64,000 nt of DNA from Bulleidia sp. (GTDB lineage Bacteria > Bacillota_I > Bacilli_A > Erysipelotrichales > Erysipelotrichaceae). The notes under the pieces are model-generated. The model searched no databases and was not told the origin of the DNA. It saw only the letters and a program-made list of their open reading frames with translations. Every line of letters starts with the position of its first letter. Position 1 is the first letter of the stretch. The position numbers were made by a program, and so were the translations under genes. The DNA is taken from positions 11,885 through 75,884 of the forward strand of contig JBFLGD010000007.1 in the NCBI GenBank assembly GCA_041859965.1, written 5' to 3'. Below, in pieces: positions 24,937 to 34,013 of the stretch.

Positions 24937-27731
24937 GACCGTTAAGACTCGTTATCTCCGCCTTTGGACCTTATGCGGATAAAACAGAACTGAATATGAA
25001 GAATCTGGGTGACAGTGGGCTTTACCTGATTACCGGTATTACCGGTGCAGGAAAAACTACTATTTTTGATGCGATTGCTTTTGCACTGTATGGGCAGCCA
25101 TCCGGTGACGTTCGTGAGGCAAAGATGCTGAGAAGTACATATTGTCTGCCGCAGGCAGAAACGTATGTAGAGCTCGATTTTGAACATCGCGGACAGACAT
25201 ACCATATTCGGAGAAATCCGGACTATACCTGGACCAGAATACTTAAAAACGGTACGCAGAGGGAGTCCAATAAGGCGGCGGATGCAGAAATTACTTTCCC
25301 TGATGGACATACGATTGCTAAGAGCACACAGGTCACAGCTGCTGTAACTGAATTGCTGGGATTAAATAGAGATCAGTTCACGCAGACAGCTATGATCGCG
25401 CAGGGCGCTTTTCAAAAGATACTGAGCAGTGATACAAAATCAAGAGGTGAACTTCTTCAGAAACTGTTCCATACAGGCAATTATGAAGTGCTTTCAAGAC
25501 GGCTGGCGGAAGAAGCACAGTCCTCTTTGAACATAATTAAGGATATGAGAGCGAAGTACAGCTATTCTGTTGCAGCACTTGTCTGCCTGCCGGAAGATGA
25601 AGAAAAACTGCAGAAACTTAAGAATGCAGGAGAGCAGGTCAGAACAGAGGATGTCAATGATTATATAGAGAAACAGGGGAAAAAGACGTCTCTTCTTTCT
25701 GCTGAAAAACAGAAGGAATTGGATCAGCTGAGTCAGAAAATCGGAAAGCTGAACAGAACGATAGGAGAGAAGAAGGCACTGCTGGAAAGAAAGGAAGAAC
25801 TGAAGAAGAACGAAGCACTTCTGCCGGCATTGCAGGAACAGAATAAAGAAGCAGCTGAAGCATATCAGCGGCTTATTGATATAAAGGAATCAGAACAGAT
25901 ACAGCAGCTTATTGCACAGAAGACAAGCGAAGAAAAAGAGCTGAGTGATTATGCAAAGCTGAAGACTGCAGAAGAAAGTATCTGCAGCTATCAGAAACGG
26001 ATAGGGGATCTGACTGTAAAAATAAAGAGTCTGGATACGAAAAAAAAGGAACATCAGAAATGGATAGGAGATACAGAAAAGAAACTGCAGGATCTTTCTA
26101 GTATCTCAGATCGTCTTACTGAAGTGCAGACTGCATTGGAAAAGAAGAATGAAGAATTAAAGAGACTGCAGGAATATAGCGAAATGCTGGATATTTATGA
26201 AACCGAAAAGAAAGAGTATGAAACGGCTGAGAAGGTATGCATGCATGCCGATGAACTGTATCAGAAAGCAGATCATCAGTACAGAGAAATGCGCAGTGCG
26301 TATATGTATGCACAGGCAGGTATACTTGCTTCCAATCTGCAGGATGGACAGGAGTGCCCTGTCTGCGGATCAAAGGAACATCCGCACTGTGCAGTGCTGA
26401 ACAAGGAAGCACCGTCTTCCGAAACTTTGGATGCGATGGAGAAGAAAAGAAATAATGCTGACCGAGATGCGAAGAAGAGCTCAGTTGTACTGAGTGAAAA
26501 GAAAACAGAAGCTTCGAAATCGGCAGAGTTCATTCAGAAATCCGGCGTTGCTGCTGACAGTGTGGAGGGATACAGAAATGCTTTTGCTAAGATCAATATA
26601 GAGATCAATGATGCACTGCTGACCTTGAATGAGAAACTGAAAGTATTGAAAAAGCAGAAGCAGGAATACGATTTATTGAATAAACAGCTTCCTGCTGTGA
26701 GAAGGGAAATGGATGTGATAACTTCGGTAACAGGGAAGGCATCTGCTTCTTATGCCGCATGCAATGCTTCGCTGAAAGCCGAGAAAACTTCTCGTGAGGA
26801 ACTTGCAGGAAAACTGAAATATTCCAGTGATACAGAAGCACGCAATCATATCATTGCATTGAACAATGAGGTAAAAGAAAGAAATAAAAACCTGCAGGAA
26901 ATACAGACAGCGGCTTCTAAGTCTGCTGCAGATCTCAGTGCTGCCGATAAGTATATTGCGAGCTTAAAGAAGTTACTGAAGAATACAAAGGGAATCAGCG
27001 AGAAGGGAATGGCTGCGGATACTGTGTATCTGCAGGAACTGATTGAGAAAGCTAATACTGTTCAGAAGGATATGAATTTGCTGAGTCAGGCTGTCAATTC
27101 ACTCAGAAGAGTACAGGAAGAAACAGCAGGTTTTGCTGAGAATCTGCAGAAGGAAACAGAACGATATTCCTATCGCCGTGCACTTGCGGATACTGCAAAT
27201 GGAAACCTGAGCGGTAAGGATCGCATGACACTGCAGGACTATGTACAGATGGCATACTTTGACAGGATTATTTACTATGCAAACGTCAGATATGCACGTA
27301 TGTCCAGCGGACAGTATGAACTTGTAAGAAGAGAAGATACTGAGAACCATAAAAATCATGTGGCACTGGATTTGAATGTCATTGATCATTACAATGGTAC
27401 GGAACGTTCTGTTAAGACCTTATCAGGAGGCGAATCATTCCTGGCCTCCCTTTCACTGGCACTGGGTATGTCTGATGAAATACAGGCGGAGGCTGGCGGT
27501 ATAGAAATTGATGCGATGTTTATTGATGAAGGTTTTGGAACACTGGATCATGAAACACTGGAACTGTCTGTAAGAACTCTGCAGGGGTTGAGCGGAGATG
27601 GCAGGCTGGTTGGTATTATTTCTCATGTAGAGGAACTGAGCAGCTATATTCATAAGGAAATTGCAGTCAAAAAGGATATGAGAACAGGTACTGGAAGTAC
27701 AGCAGAAATACAGATGGACAGTGAGAATTAG
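24933..27731 (+). CDS. sbcC: SbcC (Rad50-like ATPase)
   Basis: GITGAGKTT, CPVCGS zinc hook, LSGGE, IDEGFG. Confidence 0.95.
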   Translation: MRPLRLVISAFGPYADKTELNMKNLGDSGLYLITGITGAGKTTIFDAIAFALYGQPSGDVREAKMLRSTYCLPQAETYVELDFEHRGQTYHIRRNPDYTWTRILKNGTQRESNKAADAEITFPDGHTIAKSTQVTAAVTELLGLNRDQFTQTAMIAQGAFQKILSSDTKSRGELLQKLFHTGNYEVLSRRLAEEAQSSLNIIKDMRAKYSYSVAALVCLPEDEEKLQKLKNAGEQVRTEDVNDYIEKQGKKTSLLSAEKQKELDQLSQKIGKLNRTIGEKKALLERKEELKKNEALLPALQEQNKEAAEAYQRLIDIKESEQIQQLIAQKTSEEKELSDYAKLKTAEESICSYQKRIGDLTVKIKSLDTKKKEHQKWIGDTEKKLQDLSSISDRLTEVQTALEKKNEELKRLQEYSEMLDIYETEKKEYETAEKVCMHADELYQKADHQYREMRSAYMYAQAGILASNLQDGQECPVCGSKEHPHCAVLNKEAPSSETLDAMEKKRNNADRDAKKSSVVLSEKKTEASKSAEFIQKSGVAADSVEGYRNAFAKINIEINDALLTLNEKLKVLKKQKQEYDLLNKQLPAVRREMDVITSVTGKASASYAACNASLKAEKTSREELAGKLKYSSDTEARNHIIALNNEVKERNKNLQEIQTAASKSAADLSAADKYIASLKKLLKNTKGISEKGMAADTVYLQELIEKANTVQKDMNLLSQAVNSLRRVQEETAGFAENLQKETERYSYRRALADTANGNLSGKDRMTLQDYVQMAYFDRIIYYANVRYARMSSGQYELVRREDTENHKNHVALDLNVIDHYNGTERSVKTLSGGESFLASLSLALGMSDEIQAEAGGIEIDAMFIDEGFGTLDHETLELSVRTLQGLSGDGRLVGIISHVEELSSYIHKEIAVKKDMRTGTGSTAEIQMDSEN

Positions 27732-27745
27732 GAAGGAAGCAGTAA

Positions 27746-28924
27746 ATGCATTTTAATAAAACGGCGATAAAGAACTGTGTGCTTCACACACTTCAGTTTG
27801 GATTGAATATACTTTATCTATTAGGAGTCTGCGTACTTCTGCATGGTCTTCAGCTTGGAATATCCGGTGGATATATTGCATTGTTTGCGGCCATGGTCAT
27901 CTCTGGTGCAATAGTGGCTGGGATACTGGTGAATACCGCAATTCATCGCAGACAGGAAGATGATGTTTCAAGACTGTATGCAGCATGCATGGAAACAGCA
28001 CTTCTTTCAGCGATGGGATTTGTTTATGACCGAAGCTTTGGAATTATGGTGCTGGTACTGTCACTTGTACTGATCCTGTTCACTAAGTTTGCAAAAGGCA
28101 AAAAGATATACTCGCTTGGCAATGCTCTGTTTGGAATTGTCTGGTTTGCAGAAGCAATGATGATTGTTTTCTGCCTTGCAAAGAGCAGTATTACTTCCGC
28201 AAGAGCGATGCTTATGATATTTTGCTGTTCAGAATTGCTTTGGGAAATCAGAGAGATTGGATATCATTCTCCCGATCAGGAAGAAGTAAAGCTGACGAAG
28301 ACTGTCGGAGAATTGCTGAAACCTGATAAAAAAGATATTATCCCTGTTATTCTGCAGATAATGGTATTTTCGGGTGTTATGACTGCTTTTGGCATGACGG
28401 TGCCTTTGCTGATTAAGGCATTCAATGAAACTTCAGCGTTCAATGGAAACAGATACTTTGCGTATCTTGCGTGCTGTGTCATTGGAGTATGTGTTTTTCA
28501 GTTTATCCTGACACGCATTAACAGCACATCACTGCATGACTGTATTTTCAGAGGTGCAGTGTCTGCTGTACTCTGTGCAGCAGCTGCTTCTCTGTATCTG
28601 ATGAGTATTTCTCTGATGATAGGTGTTGTATGTATGTTCAGCATACTGGCTTCCATAGCAATAGGTGTGACGATGGAGAACAGCGGACATATGTCGAGCG
28701 ATGCTTTGTATAATGTGAGATATACTGCCGGGCAGATCTTTTCTATTCTGATACTGATCACTGCTTTTACACAGTATGACAGTATCATTGTAGATACCTC
28801 GGTTGTGATGATGGTTTGGTTTCTGTTCTTCGGTGTGCATATGTGCACACATGTATTTGAACATTATGATGTCTATCTTTCTGCAGCTGCTAAGAACAGA
28901 AAGGAAGAAGAGGAAACGGAATGA
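27746..28924 (+). CDS. Multi-pass membrane protein, unknown function
   Basis: About 11-12 hydrophobic segments in two halves; no family recognised. Confidence 0.7.
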   Translation: MHFNKTAIKNCVLHTLQFGLNILYLLGVCVLLHGLQLGISGGYIALFAAMVISGAIVAGILVNTAIHRRQEDDVSRLYAACMETALLSAMGFVYDRSFGIMVLVLSLVLILFTKFAKGKKIYSLGNALFGIVWFAEAMMIVFCLAKSSITSARAMLMIFCCSELLWEIREIGYHSPDQEEVKLTKTVGELLKPDKKDIIPVILQIMVFSGVMTAFGMTVPLLIKAFNETSAFNGNRYFAYLACCVIGVCVFQFILTRINSTSLHDCIFRGAVSAVLCAAAASLYLMSISLMIGVVCMFSILASIAIGVTMENSGHMSSDALYNVRYTAGQIFSILILITAFTQYDSIIVDTSVVMMVWFLFFGVHMCTHVFEHYDVYLSAAAKNRKEEEETE

Positions 28925-29196
28925 TCAGAACAGTATTTATTATCTGGGTCATTGCAATGGGACTGATTGCTTTCGGTATGTTTGGCATAGATAAACGCAA
29001 AGCAGTAAAAGGACAGTGGAGAATACCTGAGGCACAGCTTCTGACGAGTGCGGCACTTGGCGGCGGTATTGGGGCATGGCTTGGTATGCGTGTTTTCCGT
29101 CATAAAACAATGAAGAAGAAGTTTACGATACTGGTACCTCTGTTTACAGTGTGCTGGTGTATTCTTGCAATGTTCATTTTTGGCAGGGTACAATAG
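28921..29196 (+). CDS. DUF1294 family small membrane protein
   Basis: FGIDKRKA..WRIPE..GG..G..FRHKT. Confidence 0.9.
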   Translation: MIRTVFIIWVIAMGLIAFGMFGIDKRKAVKGQWRIPEAQLLTSAALGGGIGAWLGMRVFRHKTMKKKFTILVPLFTVCWCILAMFIFGRVQ

Positions 29197-29212
29197 GAAA
29201 CGGAGAAAAAAT

Positions 29213-30070
29213 ATGGCAATTAAGGCAATTCTACTTGATATAGATGGAACACTGACAAATGATCGCAAAGAGATAACACCCATAACAAAAAGAACCCTGA
29301 TGACAGCGCAGGAGTATGGCATACGTCTTGTGATAGCTTCAGGAAGACCATCAAGAGGTATTTTCCAATATGGAGATCAGCTTGAGATGAGATACCATAA
29401 CGGCTTATTTGTCTGCTACAACGGTGCCAGAGTTGTTGACTGTGAAACGGGCACTGTATATGTGGATATTACAATACCGCAGGATCTGACCAAGGCTGTG
29501 CTGGAACACATGAAGAAATTCGATGTCAGACCTGTGATCACACATGGCTCTCATATGGTAGTTGAGGATGTATACAACTGCATGGTTAAGGATGGCGACA
29601 GAAGATTCAATGTTATTGAATATGAGAGCAGAATGAATGGTTACAGATTGATGGAGGCAGAGGATCTGGAGAAGTACACGGATTTCCCGGTCAATAAGAT
29701 ACTGACTGCAGGCGACAGTGACTATCTGCAGGCACATTATAAGGAAATGTCAGCGCCATTCGAAGGAAAACTGTCGATGATGTTTACAGCAAACTTCTAT
29801 TATGAGTTCACTGCGCTCGGGGTTGATAAGGGAAGAGCACTTTCTGAAGCTATGCCGAAATTGGGTATTAAGCCGGAGGAATGCATTGCTTTTGGAGATG
29901 CAGAAAATGATATATCTATGCTGAAGTATGCTGGAATCGGTGTAGCCATGGGCAATGGCACTCAGGCAGTGAAGGATATTGCTGATGAAGTAACACTTGA
30001 TAACAATCATGATGGTATTGCTGAAGCGCTGTCAAAGCATATACCGCAGCTTAATACAATTGATAACTGA
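29213..30070 (+). CDS. Cof-type HAD-IIB hydrolase
   Basis: DIDGTL, ASGR, YNGA, DKGRAL, FGDAENDISM; start at ATG 29213 with SD GGAG. Confidence 0.93.
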   Translation: MAIKAILLDIDGTLTNDRKEITPITKRTLMTAQEYGIRLVIASGRPSRGIFQYGDQLEMRYHNGLFVCYNGARVVDCETGTVYVDITIPQDLTKAVLEHMKKFDVRPVITHGSHMVVEDVYNCMVKDGDRRFNVIEYESRMNGYRLMEAEDLEKYTDFPVNKILTAGDSDYLQAHYKEMSAPFEGKLSMMFTANFYYEFTALGVDKGRALSEAMPKLGIKPEECIAFGDAENDISMLKYAGIGVAMGNGTQAVKDIADEVTLDNNHDGIAEALSKHIPQLNTIDN

Positions 30071-30108
30071 AAACGAACGGACCAATTACTGATCCGTTCG
30101 TTCTTTTT
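30070..30108. terminator. Bidirectional terminator
   Basis: AAAACGAACGGA...TCCGTTCGTT-T run between convergent genes. Confidence 0.7.
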
Positions 30109-30382
30109 AAAGGTTTCTGCAATCTTCAATTCTTCTCTTGATGCCATTCAGTACGACGTAGCCATCTTCCGGTTCCTCATGAACAATGTAGCGAGGCTGT
30201 GATTCAGCTTTACTGTGTTCATGACCGTATTCTCCTTCACAGGTAATATCCATTTTCTTTGGAATCCTGTGCCCGTCATCCGAGACTGTAGGCTTATGCT
30301 GCTTGAGGGCAGCACTGCTTGACGCTGCAATACTGATGAATACAATCACGAGGACGAAGAGTATAAAGAATATGTCGGCCAT
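30107..30382 (-). CDS. Small N-terminally anchored protein (91 aa)
   Basis: TM then DGH..C..YGHEH; start overlaps SPFH stop. Confidence 0.7.
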   Translation of the reverse strand: MADIFFILFVLVIVFISIAASSSAALKQHKPTVSDDGHRIPKKMDITCEGEYGHEHSKAESQPRYIVHEEPEDGYVVLNGIKRRIEDCRNL

Positions 30383-31320
30383 TAGGATTCCTTAATTGTT
30401 TCCTTAAGACCTGCTGCGAGTCCTGCAAGTCCCTGTATTTCTGATGGAATAATGATCTTGTTTGCAGGACCATTGGCAGCGGCAGTGAATGCTTCAAGAG
30501 ATTTCAGCTTGATAACTGCATCATTGGCATCAGCTGCTTTCACAGCCTTCAGACCATCAGCAGTAGCGTTCTGCACTTCTCTGATTGCTGCAGCACGTCC
30601 TTCAGCTTCACGCATTTCTTTTTCCTTCTCACCTTCAGCAGCGAGAATCGTAGCCTGTTTCTTTGCTTCAGCTTCCAGTACTGCAGATTCCTTTTTACCT
30701 TCAGCTTCCAGGATCATAGACTGCTTTTCACCCTCAGCAGTCAGAATGACAGCACGTTTTTCACGTTCAGCTTTCATCTGTTTCTCCATGGCTTCACGGA
30801 TAGCAGTTGGCGGTTCAATGTTCTTAAGCTCTACTCTGGTAACTTTGATGCCCCATGGATCAGTTGCGAGATCAATCGTCTCCAGCATTTTGGAGTTGAT
30901 CTGCTCACGGGATGTTAGGGTGGCATCCAGTTCCATATCACCGATGATGTTTCTCAGTGTGGTGGCAGTGAGGTTCTCCATGGCCATGATTGGATTTTCA
31001 ACACCATATGCATAGTCATGCACATTCATGACCTTGAAGTAGACAACGGAATCAATACGCATTGTAACGTTATCCTTTGTGATAACTGGCTGCGGTGCAA
31101 AATCGGCTACCTGCTCCTTCAGTGAAGCTCTTCTGGCAATACGGTCAAAGAATGGAATGCGGATGTGAATGCCGGCATTCCATGTAGCATGGAATTTGCC
31201 AAGACGTTCTACGACATATGCATTCTGCTGTGGGACAATGTTCAGACATGTGAAGAACAGGTACAGAACAACAGCAATGATGACTGCCCATTTAATGATT
31301 TCAAATAATACGCTATTCAT
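30382..31320 (-). CDS. SPFH/band 7 (stomatin-like) protein
   Basis: VVERLGKF, ITKDNV, LRNIIG, WGIKVTRVE, AEREKRA coiled coil. Confidence 0.95.
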   Translation of the reverse strand: MNSVLFEIIKWAVIIAVVLYLFFTCLNIVPQQNAYVVERLGKFHATWNAGIHIRIPFFDRIARRASLKEQVADFAPQPVITKDNVTMRIDSVVYFKVMNVHDYAYGVENPIMAMENLTATTLRNIIGDMELDATLTSREQINSKMLETIDLATDPWGIKVTRVELKNIEPPTAIREAMEKQMKAEREKRAVILTAEGEKQSMILEAEGKKESAVLEAEAKKQATILAAEGEKEKEMREAEGRAAAIREVQNATADGLKAVKAADANDAVIKLKSLEAFTAAANGPANKIIIPSEIQGLAGLAAGLKETIKES

Positions 31321-31491
31321 AAGTACTCCCCTCCTGTTTCCTATAGGAAACTTATATCTAATATACCATACACTGACCAGCGGTCAAATAGAAAACAATA
31401 AGTCTTTTATACAGACAACAGTAAAAAGGTCAAGAGATGCCTTTTACGAGTGTCGTGGTATGATAAACAGGCATGAAGGGAGCAAACAATC

Positions 31492-33783
31492 ATGAATGAT
31501 GAAATTATCAGCAGAATATCAGAGGAACTGAAGATCAGTGTCCCTCAGGTAAAGAATACGCTGAGCATGCTTGAAGAAGGCAATACAGTACCTTTTATTG
31601 CCCGTTATCGTAAGGAACAGACTAAGGGACTGGATGAAGAGCAGATCCTTTATATTCAGAAGCAGTATGACTACCAGATCAAGCTGGCCGAGCGCAAGGA
31701 AAATGTACTGAGTCTTATTTCCGAACAGGGAAAACTGACAGATGAGATTCAGAAGAGTGTTATGGAATGCACAAAGCTGTCACAGGTCGAAGATTTGTAC
31801 AGACCTTATGCGCAGAAGAAAAAGACAAGAGCTGCTACTGCTATCAAGAATGGTCTGCAGCCATTGGCTGACTGGATGCTGGCATTGCCTGCAGACGGAA
31901 GTCTTGAAGACGAGGCTGCTAAGTATGTGACTGAGACAGTCAAGACGGTGAAGGCCGCAATTCAGGGTGCTGAAGATATTGTAGCTGAAAGTGTGTCGGA
32001 TAATGCCAAGCAGAGATGGGCATTCAAGGACAGCATTCTTAAGAGCGGTGTATTGGCCACCAAGATCAAGAAGGATGCCAAGGATGATGAAAAGGTCTAC
32101 GAGATGTACTACGACCGTTCTGAGAAGATTTCTCAGATTGCAGATCATAGAATCATGGCAATTGACCGTGCTGAGAAGGAAAAAGTCATCACTGTTTCCT
32201 TTGTATTCGATGAGGAGCATCTGGAAGATACAGCTTTCCAGTCTCTGATTAAGGGACAGAAGACTGCTGTTGAAGAAGAACTGAAGGCTGCCGTAAAGGG
32301 TGGCTGCGAGAGACTGCTGTTCCCTTCTATTGAAAGAGAAATACGTTCTGATCTGAGCGAGAGAGCACAGAATAAATCTATAGAAATATTCTCCATGAAT
32401 CTTGAAAAGCTGCTGCTGCAGGCACCGTTAAAGGGCAGAGTTGTACTGGGCTTCGATCCTGGTTTCTATAATGGCTGCAAGCTTGCAGTTATTGATGAAA
32501 CAGGCAAGATGCTGACGGTAGATAAGGTCTATCCTTTCAAGGGAAAGGGTGAAGATGCGGATGCGATTGCCCTTGCTAAGAAGAAGGTGCTGACGCTTAT
32601 TAACAAGTATCATGTACAGATCATTGCAATTGGGAATGGTACAGCAAGCAGAGAGAGTGAGAAGCTCTGTTCTGAATTGATTCATGAGAATAATCTGGAT
32701 GTGCAGTATGCAATTGTATCGGAAGCCGGTGCTTCCGTTTGGTCTGCACAGAAGGAAGCCAGAGAGGAATTCCCTGATATGGCAGTTGAGGAAAGATCTG
32801 CTGTATCTATCGGAAGAAGACTTCTGGATCCTTTAGCAGAGCTGATCAAGATCGACCCGCAGTCTATCGGCGTTGGACAGTATCAGCATGATCTGCCTCA
32901 GAAGGCTCTTTCCGACAGACTGGATGAAGTGGTTATGAAGAGTGTTAACAGAACCGGCGCAGATGCCAATACTGCTTCCATAGAACTTCTGACACATATC
33001 TCCGGACTGAATGCAGGCATTGCCAAGGAAATTATCAATTACCGCAATACGAATGGCAAATTCACAAACAGAAAGCAGCTCCTGAAAGTAAAGAAACTGG
33101 GACCTAAGGCATATGAACAGTGTGCAGGCTTCTTAAGAATCACTGACGGCGAGGAACCTCTGGATGAAACATCCATCCATCCGGAATCTTATGACGCAGC
33201 TAAGAAGGTTATGCAGGCATGCGGTATCTCACAGATGGGCGAAGCTGATGCACAGTTCCCTGAAGATAAGACAAAAGACCTTGGCATTGACTCCTACACA
33301 CTGAAGGATATTGAAGAGGCAATTCGTCAGCCATTGAGAGATTATCGTGATCAGTTTGACGGTGCTCTTCTGAAGAGCGATGTACTGCAGATCAGCGATC
33401 TGCATAAGGGAGATTCTCTTTCCGGCACGGTCAGAAATGTAGTTGATTTCGGTGCCTTTGTTGACATTGGTCTGCATGATGATGGACTGGTGCATATTTC
33501 TCACATGTCCATGAACAGAATCAAGCATCCTTCAGAGATTGTCTCTGTTGGCGATATTGTGACGGTATATATCTACGATGTGGATGAGGAAAGAGGCAGG
33601 GTACAGCTGTCACTTCTGCCGCTGGACCAGCTGGAGCAGAGAGATGCACAGATTGCACGCCGCAGAAGTTCCGGAGATCGCAAGAAGTATCCTCACAAGA
33701 ATGTCCCGCATAAGGAAGAGAAAAAGCCGGTAACCATGGATGATGCTATGGCAAAGCTGATGCAGAGATTCGGAAGAGACTGA
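31492..33783 (+). CDS. tex: Tex/YhgF transcription accessory protein
   Basis: GNTVPFIARYRKE, YqgF-like domain, HhH, C-terminal S1 (NVVDFGAFVDIG). Confidence 0.95.
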   Translation: MNDEIISRISEELKISVPQVKNTLSMLEEGNTVPFIARYRKEQTKGLDEEQILYIQKQYDYQIKLAERKENVLSLISEQGKLTDEIQKSVMECTKLSQVEDLYRPYAQKKKTRAATAIKNGLQPLADWMLALPADGSLEDEAAKYVTETVKTVKAAIQGAEDIVAESVSDNAKQRWAFKDSILKSGVLATKIKKDAKDDEKVYEMYYDRSEKISQIADHRIMAIDRAEKEKVITVSFVFDEEHLEDTAFQSLIKGQKTAVEEELKAAVKGGCERLLFPSIEREIRSDLSERAQNKSIEIFSMNLEKLLLQAPLKGRVVLGFDPGFYNGCKLAVIDETGKMLTVDKVYPFKGKGEDADAIALAKKKVLTLINKYHVQIIAIGNGTASRESEKLCSELIHENNLDVQYAIVSEAGASVWSAQKEAREEFPDMAVEERSAVSIGRRLLDPLAELIKIDPQSIGVGQYQHDLPQKALSDRLDEVVMKSVNRTGADANTASIELLTHISGLNAGIAKEIINYRNTNGKFTNRKQLLKVKKLGPKAYEQCAGFLRITDGEEPLDETSIHPESYDAAKKVMQACGISQMGEADAQFPEDKTKDLGIDSYTLKDIEEAIRQPLRDYRDQFDGALLKSDVLQISDLHKGDSLSGTVRNVVDFGAFVDIGLHDDGLVHISHMSMNRIKHPSEIVSVGDIVTVYIYDVDEERGRVQLSLLPLDQLEQRDAQIARRRSSGDRKKYPHKNVPHKEEKKPVTMDDAMAKLMQRFGRD

Positions 33784-33808
33784 TATACAGTCTTATAAAA
33801 TCTGCTCA

Positions 33809-33836
33809 TTGACTCTTGAAACAGAATCAATATAAT
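33809..33836 (+). promoter_or_regulatory. Sigma70 promoter for riboswitch-ATPase transcript
   Basis: TTGACT-16-TATAAT. Confidence 0.75.
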
Positions 33837-33842
33837 ATTCCT

Positions 33843-33936
33843 ACGAGGGAGTAATTCGGCATATCTTCTTATTGCCAAGCATACCCGTCAGGACGGCTGT
33901 TCGAACAGCCCGGGTGCTTATAGAGAATGAGACTCA
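33843..33936 (+). ncRNA. yybP-ykoY (Mn2+) riboswitch aptamer
   Basis: GAGGGAGUA...CCGUCAGGACGG...AUGAGACUC; P2 GGCA/UGCC, P3 AAGCAUACCCG/CGGGUGCUU, P4 GGCUGU/ACAGCC; upstream of P-type ATPase. Confidence 0.75.
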
Positions 33937-33962
33937 TACATCTTAAGTGTATGGGTCTTTTA
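33930..33962 (+). terminator. Riboswitch expression-platform terminator
   Basis: GACTCATACA-tcttaag-TGTATGGGTC-TTTT overlaps aptamer 3' strand. Confidence 0.75.
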
Positions 33963-34013
33963 TATATAATTATTTGAGATCACATGTACTGAGTAGGAAA
34001 AGAAGGGGTATAC

